DNA of 63,644 nt, counting the filler, from Folioceros fuciformis (Eukaryota): assembly GCA_049999805.1 (NCBI GenBank). It is 13 parts of 13 records of this genome, joined end to end, with 100 filler letters (N's around TTAATTAATTAA, not from the genome) between each part and the next. Parts side by side here need not be neighbours in the genome. Positions count along the whole stretch, not along the records: positions 8,187 to 15,368 come from JBNGIO010003379.1; positions 15,469 to 17,232 come from JBNGIO010003380.1; positions 17,333 to 21,132 come from JBNGIO010003381.1; positions 21,233 to 25,672 come from JBNGIO010003382.1; 9 more parts are not named here. One strand, given 5' to 3'. Shown piece by piece: positions 12,103-24,400 of the stretch. A program made the translations under genes and the position numbers. Each line of letters starts with the position of its first letter. The first letter of the stretch is position 1. The notes under the pieces were generated by a model. That model was not told the origin of the DNA and did not search any database. It was given only the letters and a program-made list of their open reading frames with translations.

Positions 12103-14438
12103 TGAAGGATCGCTAGAGGAGCCACATGGTGAAGGAGGAGAGGAGAAAGCTAGGAGGAGAGGAGAAAGAGAGGTCACACCTCAGTGTCTCAATAGCAAGG
12201 GAGCTCAAGGGGGTATTTATACCCTATAGAAGAGCTCCCAAGGAAGCTTCACAAGAAGGGTGACTTCAACTTTGACTTCAACGCTGAAATCTCATCACTG
12301 CTATTCCCAGCAATTAGCATATCATCCACATAGAGGACCAGAATGAGCAAGCTTCCATCCTTAGCTTGCTTCGTATTGAAGCAATGATCCTCATCGCTAC
12401 GCTTGTAGCCTTGAGACAACATAAATGAGTGGAACTTGTAATACCACTCCCTGGGTGCCTGCTTCAAACCATAAAGGCTCTTCTTTAACCTGCACACTAG
12501 ATTCTCTTTGCCCTTCTCAATGAAACCCTATGGTTCCTGCATGTATACCTCGTCATGGAGATCACCATGCTGAAATGCCGAGTTCACATCAATCTGGACA
12601 AGTTCCATGTCGTTCGTCGCAACCAGAGCAAGAACACGTCACAAGGTGGTCACTTTGACAACTGGTGAGAAAATTTCATCAAAGTCAATACCTTGTTGTT
12701 GCTGAAAACCCTTAACAACCAATCGTGCCTTGTACTTGGGTTTGCCATAATGGGGTATGTCCCTCATCTTATACACCCATTTGCATGGCAACGCCTTCTT
12801 GCCCCTAGGCAATCGAACCAACTCCTAAGTTTGGTTCTTATGGAGCGAATCCATCTGCAACTGCATCGCCTTCTCCCACTTGTCCTTGTCAGGCACTGAC
12901 ATCGCCTCTTGATAACAAGAGGGCTCCCCACAATCTGTCAGCATGACATAATCAAGAGATGCAATATACCATTCAGGAGGCCGTGAGATCCTTCCTGACC
13001 TACGAAGCACTGGCGCCACGACCAGAGCTGATTGTACTCTTTCCTCTTGTACAATTGGAGGAACTGGTTCCTACACTTCACGACGTTCAACCTGCATCTG
13101 GGAACGAGATACCTTGAGATGAGAGATGGCTGAAAATGGTATTGAACTCATTCAAATGATCGGACATCCTCGTCCCTTCCTTCATCTTCAAGTCCACTAG
13201 ATGTTTCAACCAGTACACGTGAGAAGCCGCACTTTGCTTCTCATACAGGTCACACAACTTCTGCCATAGCTCGAAACTTGTGGTCTTGCCTTTCACATTG
13301 AAGTAGACCGACTTTGACAATGTTAGCATGATGGTAGATCTAGCAAGCTCATCTAAATCCTGCCACTCATCCGGAGTCATGCTAACAAGTTTCATACCTA
13401 GCAACTTTATGAGCTTGATCTGTTTTTTCTGCACTAGAACATTATACACTTGTTCTTTCCAGAACGGGGAGTTAGTACCATCTAACTTCTCGATATTGAA
13501 CATGATGTTTTCTGAGGACGTCATGATTCAAAATCGATGCAAATCAAGCAAAAGGCTAGTTAGAAAATGGTCGAAATGTAATGTAGATTCTAAAAGTTAC
13601 CCTCACAACTGGTTCCGAATCGGCTATCCACAATTCAAGCCTCAGTCACTCACAACTGGAGTGTCCCGACCTCCGATCGAAATTTGGCCACCTTGCGGCC
13701 AGGATTGGTTCGGTGCTCGCGTTCTCACTCTCGGCATCTGCGGTCCGGCGCTCGCAATTCGGCGCCCAGCATCCGCGACTCCCTCCGGCCGGGTTCTCGC
13801 CCGCCAGCCAGGTCCGCGCCCGCACGGCTCAGCGATCGGGGCTTGGCGCCCCACACCAGTGGGCACTGCCTGGCGGCCCGCAGGGCCTGCTCGCGGCCGT
13901 GCTCAAGGCAACCCCGTGGTGCCCGCGCCCGTCCTCCTGCGGCCTGGACGCCCGGGGCTGGGGTCACCCCGCTCCTGGGGCACACCCCACACTCCTGGCT
14001 CCACGCTCCCGCTCCGCGCTGTCCTGCACGGGGCGGGTTGGAGACCCTTGCACCCCAAGATGCCACACATAGACTCACTCCAGTGCCCTCCTCACGATCT
14101 TGCGCATCTTGTCCGTAGCATCTAGAGCCATCACCCTTGCTCTACGATCCTAGCTCTGATACCAGTTGAAGGTACGCTAGAGGAACTACATGGTGAAGGA
14201 GGAGAGGAGAAAGAGAGGTCACATTCTCACACATAGTCTTTTTTGCAAGGGAGCTCAAGGGGGTATTTATACCCTCTAGAAGAGCTCCCAAGGAAGCTTC
14301 ACAAGAAGCGCATAGGAAGCTGGGCAAGAAGCTTCCTACATATTAGCTTAAGCTAATCTAAACAAATGATACTTAACTAGACACACATGTTAGGCTAAAC
14401 ACATTAGTCTAAGCACATTGGGCTTGAATAACCCTACA
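12103..14438 (-). mobile_element. Nested, internally deleted Ty1/Copia element
   Basis: 5' LTR 14438-14167, PBS TGGTATCAGAGC at 14164-14153, GC-rich leader, gag 13087..13524, RT fragments 12249..13019 (CKWVYK, YKARLV, SLYGLKQAPREW, LYVDDML) and a truncated 3' LTR at 12103-12258. Protease, integrase and RNase H are missing. Confidence 0.9.
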
Positions 14439-15141
14439 CTTATATCCCTTCCGAAACGAGGAGGAAGCTTGACCTAAGAACCAAGGGCCTTGTTTTCGTC
14501 GGATATAGTGAGATTGCCAAGGAATACAAGCTCTATGATCCGGTTACTCACTCTTTAACCTTAGCTCATAGCGTCACTTTCATTGAACCTAGCTATGCTC
14601 ATGGTGAACCAGCAACGTCAGCAGAGGGAGCACATCCATTAGTTGATCATGATGATGAGCAGGACACTGCTGTGTATCCACAAGATGATGAGTTGCCAGC
14701 TAACCCTCTGCCTGTTTTAGATGCACAGGATATCCAGCATGACCCTGCACATGACCCTGAACCTCTCATGGAAGATGTAGTTCCTGACCTTATTTAGGAT
14801 GACCATGAACTTGCTTTAGAGCCAGACGTCATACCGCCACAAGTTGTAGAAGTTCCACCAGAACCCGATTTGCGCAGATCCACCCGCCAATGACCACCTA
14901 GAGCCAAGTGGATTGAGCCCCCCTATGAGTCTATAGATTTTCACAACACTTCCACATCACTTGCTGCTGTTATCCCTGATGAGCCAATCAGTTTGAAGCA
15001 AGCCCTATCTGGCTCTGATGGTGACAAGTGGCTCATATCAGTAGAGGATGAGTATCAATCCTTGATCAAGAACAATACTTGGAAGTTGATGGATTTGCCA
15101 CCTGGCAGAAAACCCATCTCATGCAAGTGGGTTTTCAAGCA

Positions 15142-15368
15142 TGTGAACCTCCAAAGTTTGGGGTAGTAGTTTGTTTTGGTTGGAAAAGGGTTAATAGTGG
15201 TATGGTTTGCTTTTCTTTTTCTACTTCTTTTTCCTAATTTTTCTTTGTGCTAATTAGGTCAATTGACTAGGAAATAGTTGGTTTGGTTATTAAAGTGGGT
15301 ACAGGTCTGGTCCCAGACCTAGGAAAGTTTAGGTCCGATACCGGGCCATAGGGTTGGGAAAGTTTGAG
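15142..15368. repeat. Terminus of an unidentified repeat (probable LTR, TGTGAACCTCCAAAGTTTGGGG...) inserted in Copia RT
   Basis: It begins with TG exactly where the RT frame is cut. A near-identical sequence begins at 48060. Confidence 0.7.
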
Positions 15369-15468
15369 NNNNNNNNNNNNNNNNNNNNNNNNNNNNNNNN
15401 NNNNNNNNNNNNTTAATTAATTAANNNNNNNNNNNNNNNNNNNNNNNNNNNNNNNNNNNNNNNNNNNN

Positions 15469-17030
15469 CCTGTTCAGAGAGATGTTGCATGGCAAACAAC
15501 CTATCTTGGTCATTTCCAGCATTACTAGAGGAGGCATAGTTCCCATGCTGCATTCCTTTTCCTCTCATGTCTGCTTGCTGCTTATAGCAGTCCTTAGCAA
15601 TATGACCAACCTTACCACAGTAATAACACTCCTTGTCTCTATTGGATTGGTCATGAGATTGAAAAGAACCATCTCTTCCTCTTGTGGCTCTACCTGCGCC
15701 TCTAAAACTTCCAGATTCTCTCTGGCCTTGTGCATTTCCTCCACGCCAATTGTCTTGCTGATTTTGCGTGTTCCGAGCNNNNNNNNNNNNNNNNNNNNNN
15801 NNNNNNNNNNNNNNNNNNNNNNNNNNNNNNNNNNNNNNNNNNNNNNNNNNNNNNNNNNNNNNNNNNNNNNNNNNNNNNTATGTCATGTTGTGTGTCATCT
15901 CCTGTACACACATGGCCATGGGGACCTACATCCATCATGTTAAACCACTCGCCATGCGGAGTCATGTGGTTTGATGCTCCTTAATCAATGTACCATCTCT
16001 CATCATTCTGCCCATCCTGTTCAGAGAGATGTTGCATGGCGAACAACCTATCCTGGTCATTTCCAGCATTACTAGAGGAGGCATAGTTCCCATTGTGCCT
16101 TACTTTTCCTCTCATGTCTACTTGTTGCTTATAGCAGTCCTTAGCAATATGACCAACCTTACCACAGTAGTAACACTCCTTGTCTCTATTGGAATGGTCA
16201 TGAGATTGAAAAGAACCATCTCTTCCTCTTGTGGCTCTACCTGCGCCTCTAAAACTTCCAGATTCTCTCTGGCCTTGCGCATTTCCTCCACGCCAATTGT
16301 CTTGCTGATTCTGCGTGCTCCGAGCATCACCCCGTCCTCGGAATGAACCACGACCTTTGTGGCCTCTCCCACGCTGGTTAGAAAACAAAACAATGTCTCC
16401 CCCTTGAGATATACTTGAACCTGTGTTCAAACCAAGCTTAACTTCCTCATGCAACAACAAAGCAACCAATTCATCCCAACTTGGGAACTCAACTCTCACA
16501 GAGATTGATGTGTCAAAGGACTTGTACTCCTTGCCCAGTCTGTTCAGAGTAACTGCAACCATGTCATCTTCCGTCACACTTGCACCGATTGTAGTAAGCT
16601 GATCAGCTATGGTCTTCACCTCTATTGTATACACGAGTATGGATCTGCTACCTCGTGACAAGTTGTTGATCTGCTGCTTCAACTGGATTTTCCTAGCATG
16701 TGTGACATTTCCATAGTTCCTCATGAGTATGTCCCATGCATCCTTCGGAGACTCACATCCCGTGATCTGTATGACCATAGCATCTGAAATGCTTAAGGAG
16801 AGCCAGTGTAACACTTTACATGCTCTCTTAGTCCAATGCTTGTGAGCAGTCTTTTGCTCCTGTGATGGAGTACGATCTGGTTCACTCTCATCACCTATGC
16901 AGAGGTCCCAATAGCCTCTACCTACCAAGAAGTTCTTCATCCTGAACTTCAACAAAGCAAAATTCTTGTTATCCAACTTCTCTCCCACGACCTAAGAGAT
17001 ATTGTCTGGTCCCTGCACATTAGCCATGAT
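15469..17030 (-). mobile_element. Ty1/Copia gag, zinc knuckle and disrupted protease
   Basis: ORF 15981..16988 encodes gag, an RGG-rich tract, CYYCGKVGHIAKDC and WYID*GASNHMT. A second copy of the knuckle region lies at 15469-15778. Confidence 0.88.
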
Positions 17031-17332
17031 TCAGGCTCCTTTATGCACCAACACTTGTCCTGCAACTCCCTGCACTGCTGTAGAGCTCCAGCACTCCACA
17101 AGCCTCAATCAAATCTCAACAATTCCTGAATGTGCAGCTGACTCTTCGCTAAGCAAAAACAGCCTTTGCTCAAGCTTTCAAAAACAAAAAAAACAAAACA
17201 CTGTTTGCCAAGTTCAGGCCTTCCTCCTCGCANNNNNNNNNNNNNNNNNNNNNNNNNNNNNNNNNNNNNNNNNNNNTTAATTAATTAANNNNNNNNNNNN
17301 NNNNNNNNNNNNNNNNNNNNNNNNNNNNNNNN

Positions 17333-17525
17333 CAAGGGAGCTCAATGGGGTATTTATACCCTCTAGAAGAGCTCCCTAGGAAGCTTCACAAGAAGCTCAC
17401 AGGAAGCTGCGCAAGAAACTTCCTACAGATTAGCTTAAGCTAATCTAAACTAATGATACTTAACTAGACACTAATCTTAGACTAAACACATTAGCCTAAG
17501 CACATTGGGCTTTAATAACCCTACA
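17333..17525. repeat. LTR fragment of the same family as 14167-14438 and 12103-12258
   Basis: It shares GGGAGCTCAA.GGGGTATTTATACCCTCTAGAAGAGCTCC...TAACCCTACA and ends in CA. Confidence 0.85.
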
Positions 17526-18819
17526 CTGTCATCGGCCTAAGGTAGAACTACCTTATGTGCACCAGGTCCGTTAGGAGACGTACTCTCATCAGCCTCAAAG
17601 AACCGNNNNNNNNNNNNNNNNNNNNNNNNNNNNNNNNNNNNNNNNNNNNNNNNNNNNNNNNNNNNNNNNNNNNNNNNNNNNNNNNNNNNNNNNNNNNNNN
17701 NNNNNCGCCGTTTCCCCTCGTTCAAGCTGGGTTTTGTGCATGGCACTCCGATCCCCCGCTCGCTTGTGCAACTTCGCTCCTACTGCTTGAGCCCGCCAAC
17801 TCACGGCGCACGGTCTGTGCTTAGTCACAAGCTTGGTATCGTAGCATGCCGGAGTTCCGTCGGTTGATCTTCACCAGCTCCTCCCAGTTTTGGTAGCTAG
17901 TGTGGCTTTGATCCCGATCCTTGAGTCATCCATTTAGCCCCCTGCCGCATTCGCCGACTTGGGGATTTGCCGAAATCCTATCCTGAAGTGCTAGCAAACA
18001 TAGCTAGTATTTATTGTATCAAACACATACAAAACTCTACCACAAAAAAGCAGCTAAATAGACAAGCAAAGTTTCATGGTGTCCAACTTTCCCCCAAAGA
18101 GAGGAATTAATTGTCTGCCATAAGATGATAATACAATTGGAAAAAATGATATATTTTAATATTGATAATTTTTTTCTCTACATTAAATAAACACCTAATT
18201 TATCATAACATCATCTTAATTGAAATAGTTTTTTTTTTTTTGGCAATGTACATGGCTTTTGCAATGACTCCCTCTAATAAGAGAGATAGCAAAATATTTG
18301 TTGAGAATGATTATGTGAATCATGCCATACTTGTAGATAACCAATATGATAATAGAGTAAATGAAAGTAAGAAACATGAAGCAAAACCTATGGCACAATT
18401 AGGCTTTCATGTGGAAAAGCCTCATTTACCATCTCGTTCCAAAAACCAACTCACCTCTTTCCTCGAGAGTGTATCATTGAGTATCAAGATAAATGTAATT
18501 TATGTAATTGCACACTTCGCAAGTGGCTTTGGATAAGGCTTCATCAATGTGAGCACCCCTTCCATATAAGATGTTTTGTACAATATATTTTACTTGAGAG
18601 AAGAACACTAGATATACTATATCCTATTGTTGAGGAGCAAAATCTTTTAAAACCAAACTCTAAACAAGTTCAAAAGCATGATGAAGAAAATTTAGAGAAT
18701 CTTGGAACTGATAATGGAAGTTTACAAGAAGACCCCGTACATGAGGATCTTGGAAATGAAAGAAATCTATTTAATGATATAATTAATGAAAAGGAAGGTG
18801 ATTTGACGGGAGAAGTGTA

Positions 18820-21132
18820 GCATAGAATTCAACTTATTGTCTATTAGATGGATGTAAAAACAGCATTTCTAAATGGGCCTTTAGACAAAAAAATCTACAT
18901 GCAGCAGCCTGAGGGTTATGTATTAGATCCTGACCTGGTATGTGAGCTTATGAAGTTGCTATATGGGTTGAAACAGTCTACACGCATCTGGAATGGAAGA
19001 GCAGACACAAAGCTTCATGTTTTAGGTTTTGTGCCTCTTACTGCTGATAGCAATGTTTATATCCTGTGCAAGAACAGCCAGCTATGCATTATTGCCTCTA
19101 CGTTGATGATAATTTCATCTTTGCAAGTGACAATAAAATCCTTACAAAATTCAAGCAGCAGCTCTCCAAAGAGTGGGATATGACAGATGTAGGCCCTCTT
19201 CGGTTTGCATTAGGCATTCAGTTTTTCTTCAACCTCACAACACGATCTATCACATTACATCAAGAGCGTTTCATTGTCAGCTTTTATCTAGATTCAACCT
19301 TCAAGATATTAATCCAGTAGCCACCCCAGTTGCAGCCGGTGAGAAGCTATCACTAGAGAACTACCCCGTAATAGATTCAGACAAGGCAGAAATGGCAGCT
19401 ATACCTTATTGAGAGGTTGTGGGCAGTTTACTTTATCTCGCTAGCTGGACAAGGCTTGATATTTCACAAGCAATAGGCATTGTTTCACGTTTCATGTCCA
19501 ACCCTGGAAAACACCATTGGGTCGCTGTAAAACGAATCCTACGCTATTTGAAAGGCACCAGACATCTATGTCTAACGTATACCAAGGCAAGTATTTTCAA
19601 CCTCACCTGTTTTTCAGACGCTGACTGGGCCGGTGATATTGACAGCAAAAAGTTGATAGCAGCATACTGCACACTTTTATGTGGATAAGCTATTAGTTGG
19701 CAGAGTAAAAAGCTTTCGACGATCAGCCTCTCTTTGATAGAGGCAAAATATAGCACACTTTCTGTTGCAGCCAGAGAGATTATGTGGATTCGATAGTTTC
19801 TCTCCGAAATATATCTGCAGCAAACCAAGCCTACTATCCTGCAGTTTGTCAATCAGTCTGCTATAGCACTCTCTGCGAATCCTATTTTACATGCCCGATC
19901 CAAACATATCGAGATTCAGTTCCACTATATTCGACAAGCAGTCAAGCAGAAGATTATCCAGCTAGCCTATGTACCAACAACACAAAATATAGCAGATTTG
20001 CTCACCAAAGGCCTGTCTAGATTGTTACATGAGCAGCACAAGCTATCGCTGGGTCTACAAGAGAATAAGAACCAGAGCTCATGCAGAACAAGGGTTCCTA
20101 TAAAACCACAGCTCCTGCAGAACCAGGAGCAAACTCATTAAGACTAGCAGCATAGAGGACAAGCAGCGCTGCTTGGATGAAAAGCATCATGCATAGCGAA
20201 TTAGGCAGCAGTGCTGAACTTGGACCTATGCTGCTGGGGGGAGGCAGGTGACCAGCTCAGCATCTATTGTTGGATGCGTTGCCCTTACGGCGAATCTGTA
20301 GCAGCTCTCTAGTCACTCCATCACGCAGGCACCTTACAGCTCTCCAGTCACTCTAGCACGCAGTGGATGCATTGCACTCTCAGCGATTCTGCAGCAGATT
20401 CCAACTAGCTCCAGCACGCGGTAGATGCGCACTTACATGGCGGTTCTGTAGCAATTTTCTTCAGTCACTCTAGTAGGCGTGCCTCCCTCAGCTGCATGAC
20501 GCGCACCTCACCTCACAGGAGGGTGCGCGCCCCTGTTTTCTTTCAGCTGGGCGCAGATCCTAATCACTCCTCAACCCCTGGATGGTGTATCGCGTGCTTT
20601 GTTCAGGGTTTGTGAGCAACCAGCTCAAGTGTGTGGTTGGCAACGGCCAGGCTTGCTTTGTGATTGTTGTTATCTGGATTGCCTGCCATTTAGAGACTGT
20701 GAATGAGTGGACGAGATTTCCTCAACTATTTGCGGCCTATCATTTCCAAACTTTGGCTTACCCATGCTTCTTTCTTTTTCGGCCTAGTTTTCACTACATC
20801 TAGAGGTTACTTGGTTAGGCCTGAGAGGGGGTATTAAGATATATTATTATTATATATCATAGCATCCCTAACTAGCTACCCATCTCGATATGAACCATTA
20901 TTGGTTTAAGTTCAAATTAGGGTTTGTTCACTAAAACAGTTACAAAACTCTTTATGTATTTTAACACCTTTCTTCTTGATATGAACCATCTTGTGTGTGC
21001 TCCTTGCGTTTTTAGGCCATGCCTCATGGTCATGCTCTTGCGAGTTTATTACTTGGCAACCTCATCCTCCGAGGACTCCTCCTCCATGTGTGGAGGCAAA
21101 ACCCCGGGCACTGATTGCTAATGGGTTCCACC
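18820..21132 (+). mobile_element. Degenerate Ty1/Copia RT-RNase H, 3' UTR, PPT and 3' LTR start
   Basis: MDVKTAFLNG, LYGLKQS, LYVDD, FSDADWAGD, ANPILHARSKHIEI and ADLLTK are spread over frameshifted ORFs. PPT CTGAGAGGGGG at 20821-20831 is followed by TATTAAG (decayed TGTTAAG). Confidence 0.87.
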
Positions 21133-21499
21133 NNNNNNNNNNNNNNNNNNNNNNNNNNNNNNNNNNNNNNNNNNNNTTAATTAATTAANNNNNNNNNNNN
21201 NNNNNNNNNNNNNNNNNNNNNNNNNNNNNNNNCCCGGGCCCGGACCGGACCGGGGCCCGGGCTCGGACTGGACAGGGCAAGGAAGGGTGCCCGGCAGTTG
21301 CAGGAGGCAAGTACAGGCAGCCCGATCTGGGCCGTTGTCGATTCGAGCTCCCAAAAGCAGGATGGAGATCTGTGTGTTTCTGCCCTGGTCGCTGATCCTG
21401 GTTGGTGGCGACAAAGCAGGTGGGTTGTCGTATCCTGTGCGAGGATACGGTATACCCCTCATAGAGCGTATGTATGTGACCGGCAGCAGCCGGTGAGCG

Positions 21500-24400
21500 G
21501 GTGGCGGCCCGAATGTGGCGTGGCGTGGCGTGGCGNNNNNNNNNNNNNNNNNNNNNNNNNNNNNNNNNNNNNNNNNNNNNNNNNNNNNNNNNNNNNNNNN
21601 NNNNNNNNNNNNNNNNNNNNNNNNNNNNNNNNNNNGGGGGCCGAGGCCGAGACCGAGACCGAGGCCCGATCCGGGCCGCGGGAAGTGCAGGCCCGGGAAT
21701 CATGCCAGCCACCTGGATAATGCGGCCCAAGGTAAATCCGCTTTGGGGAGAGTGAAGGGGTGGAGGGAGGGGAGCGGGAATTCATTTCTCACCTTCCGTT
21801 AACGGAATCCGTTGTGGATTACGGTCGGGCTGCGGCTGGCTGCTGTCATGCTGTTGGTGTGGCTGTTTCTGCTGCGGCCTGCTGCTCCCTCTCTGGGTCA
21901 ATGGAATGCATTGAATGGAATGGCTTCCGGGCTTCCCCCATTGGTGCATGCGTCGAAAAGAATGGCCCAATATCTGGAGCTGGAGCGCGTCCGACGGGCC
22001 GGGGGAGGTGGGCCCGATGCGCCTGCCCACAGCTTGCCCTATTTCGGTACGACCCAATGCAACGGGACATGGACTCGTCTTGGCTTGTGCTTGCTCCGCC
22101 TCTTGTTGTTGTTGTTGCTGCTTGTTGCTGCGTCCGGGATGGCCCATGGATTGGATTGGATTGGTTTGGTTTGAGAAGTCCCAGCGGATTACGGGGCTGC
22201 AACGTCGTTTTCGTGGGCGGCTCCTTCGCCTGTGTGGCTTGCACTGCACGGTTTCACGATCCGACGGTGCCTGCCCTGCCCTGTTTGGGCATTCCCAATC
22301 CCAATGGCTCCCATCCGATCCCAACGGAGGCGGCAAGGGAAGTAGCGTTGTTGTACAGCTTCCTGGTTGGTTCTGTGAGCGCAATCCGTTGCTGTGAAAA
22401 CATTTTTGTGGGCTGGTGGAAGCATTCGGGCATTAGGCCCACACGCATGCCACAAATGGCCATACTCATGAGACGGGGGAGAGGAACCAGGCTTGCTCGC
22501 TTACGTTACTCGATCATCGGCGACAGCTGGCCAGCTGGGGCATTCCTAGTGTGGCCGGGCGATACATTGCACTGCCCTCCAGCACCGGGCCATCCCCGAG
22601 TAGTCCCAGATTGATTCCCTTACCCAAAAGGGCGCAGTGCGGTGCGGTGCGGTGCGGTCCGGTCCGGTGAGGTGCGGTCAAGAGGGAGTCTCGCTGACAC
22701 CACGAACCCCCTCCTGCATGGTGGGTGGAGCGCGGAACGGGAAAGAGCGGGTGTAGCGGCTCTCCGGGTGGACAGTGGAGGGTGGAGGGTGGAGAGTGGA
22801 CAGCGGAGGGTGGAGTCATCCCACAAAGATTTTCATGCTTTGTTCAGGCCGGGCCATGTCAACGAAAAGCAAAGCAAAGCAATGCAAGGCAAACGGCGCC
22901 AAAGTAGCCGCCAATGCGAGCCAGAAGCAGCATCGTCTCCCCCCACTTGGTTCCACGCCAAAGGCAGCGGCAGCGGCAGCGGCAGCGGCAGCGGCATCGG
23001 CATCGGCAGGTGCAGGAGCAGGGGCACCACCCCTCTCCAACGATTCCATTCCAGTCATGATGCCGGAGCCGCCTTGCAACCCAGCCCCGATGCCCAGCCT
23101 CCTCCACACCTAGAGGCCGCTTTGGCGAGGTTTCTCCCATAAAGCCTGACTGGCCTGGCCTGGCCATGCTCACCTCCATCCACACTGCATCGAAATGCGC
23201 TCCCTCTCCAAGCCCTGCCAGGGCCTGGCCTGGTCACCCACCTACCTGCACTGCCTGCCGTCTCCAGTCCTTCCCCATGCATGTCTCGTCAAGCAAGCAA
23301 GCCCAGATCAAACACTCTGTCACACATCCAAAATGCCAGATGCCCGCCTCGTCCCTGCTCTAAGTAAGCTCATGGAAACACACACACCACACCACACCAC
23401 GATGTCCTTACATCTTCTCCACTCCACAATAATTATAATTTTCCTTAAAAAATATCTCGTAGAATATACATGCAATATAGGAAATAGAGAAAGAGAATAT
23501 ATCCTGGAGACAAATACTGGAATAAAATCACAAACCATATGATATCATCAATTGCCCATCCCAATCTTCCCCAGCCCTAATATTAGCCTTTGGCACGCAA
23601 AGCCCAAGACCAAGAGCAAGACCAAGAGTAGAAACAAAGAAAGAGAAGAAAAGAAAAGAAAGGGAGGCAGCAGCAAGTAAGGAAGAAGTTGTACGATGTA
23701 CATACCATGTATATATATACTGTATCAGCGCAAGCTGAGCTGAAATGAGCTGAAATGAAATGGTTGCACAAATCACTCGAGCGCACTCCACTTGTGCAAG
23801 AAGGGCAGGGCAGGGCAGGGCAGGGAAGGACAGGACAGGACAGGGCCGGGCCCAGGCCCAGGCCGAGGACGAGGACGAGGCCAACGGCGGGCATGACCGG
23901 GAAACCGGGGTCAACAAGCGGAAACAGTTTTACCGACCGGGGTCAAAGAAGGTAGATCTAAGAGGAGAGAGGATTTACGGTGGTCAACCGGGGTGTGATT
24001 GCAGCGGCAGCGGGGCAGGGCAGGGCAGGGCCCAATAATGGGAAAGGCCTGGCAGGCCAAGTACCCAAGTGTGCGAGGTGACGGACTCCAGCGTAACTCT
24101 CCCCTCTCCGTTTGGCGTTTCCGGCCTCACATGCTCGGCCCCGCTCCCCGATTTATTTACCCCGCGCATTACCCCCGCTTAAACTTAATGCCGGTACAGC
24201 GGGCATCATGAAACGCCGGTGGCCCCGGTCACTGCCTCTCTCTCCCTCTCTCTCTGCGTCTTCTGTGTCTTCTGCTGCTTCTTCTGCCTCTGCCCTAGGC
24301 TGCCCTAATCTACCCAAACCTAACCCAACCTAACCTAACCTAACCTAACCTAACCTACCCCCGTGCCGTCCTACTGTCCCTTCCCTTTCCTTCCATTCCC

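Larger units (their letters stand above)
9753..15141 (+). mobile_element. Ty1/Copia element: 5' LTR, four tandem PBS units, gag-protease, nested insertion, integrase C-terminus and RT start
   Basis: LTR TGTTAAG (9753)...TTTACA (9955) is followed by PBS TGGTATCAGAGC. ORF 10778.. encodes gag, a decayed zinc knuckle (CGIAGHWAHDC) and protease WYLDSGATTH. The element resumes at 14439 with YIPSETRRKLD..VFVGYS..YKLYDP and EPISLKQAL...NNTWKLMDLPPGRKPISCKWVFK. Confidence 0.88.

Noticed and set aside
13328-14125. 265-aa Pro/Arg-rich ORF and overlapping ORFs
   Set aside because: They are antisense to Copia gag and its GC-rich leader. The region is stop-poor because of composition and has no domain features.
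15469-15778. Tandem duplication of the gag zinc-knuckle region
   Set aside because: It abuts a 100-N gap and a contig end, so it is most simply a mis-scaffolded paralogous copy.
21812-22174. Signal-peptide-like small ORF with RRAGGGGPDAPAH, considered as a CLE-like peptide
   Set aside because: It has a GTG start, a poor match to the CLE 12-mer, a motif that is not C-terminal, and hydrophobic runs derived from SSRs.
24319-24356. (CCTAA)n resembling a TTAGG telomere repeat
   Set aside because: It is short, internal and one of many different pentamer SSRs in this piece, and it is not the plant TTTAGGG repeat.
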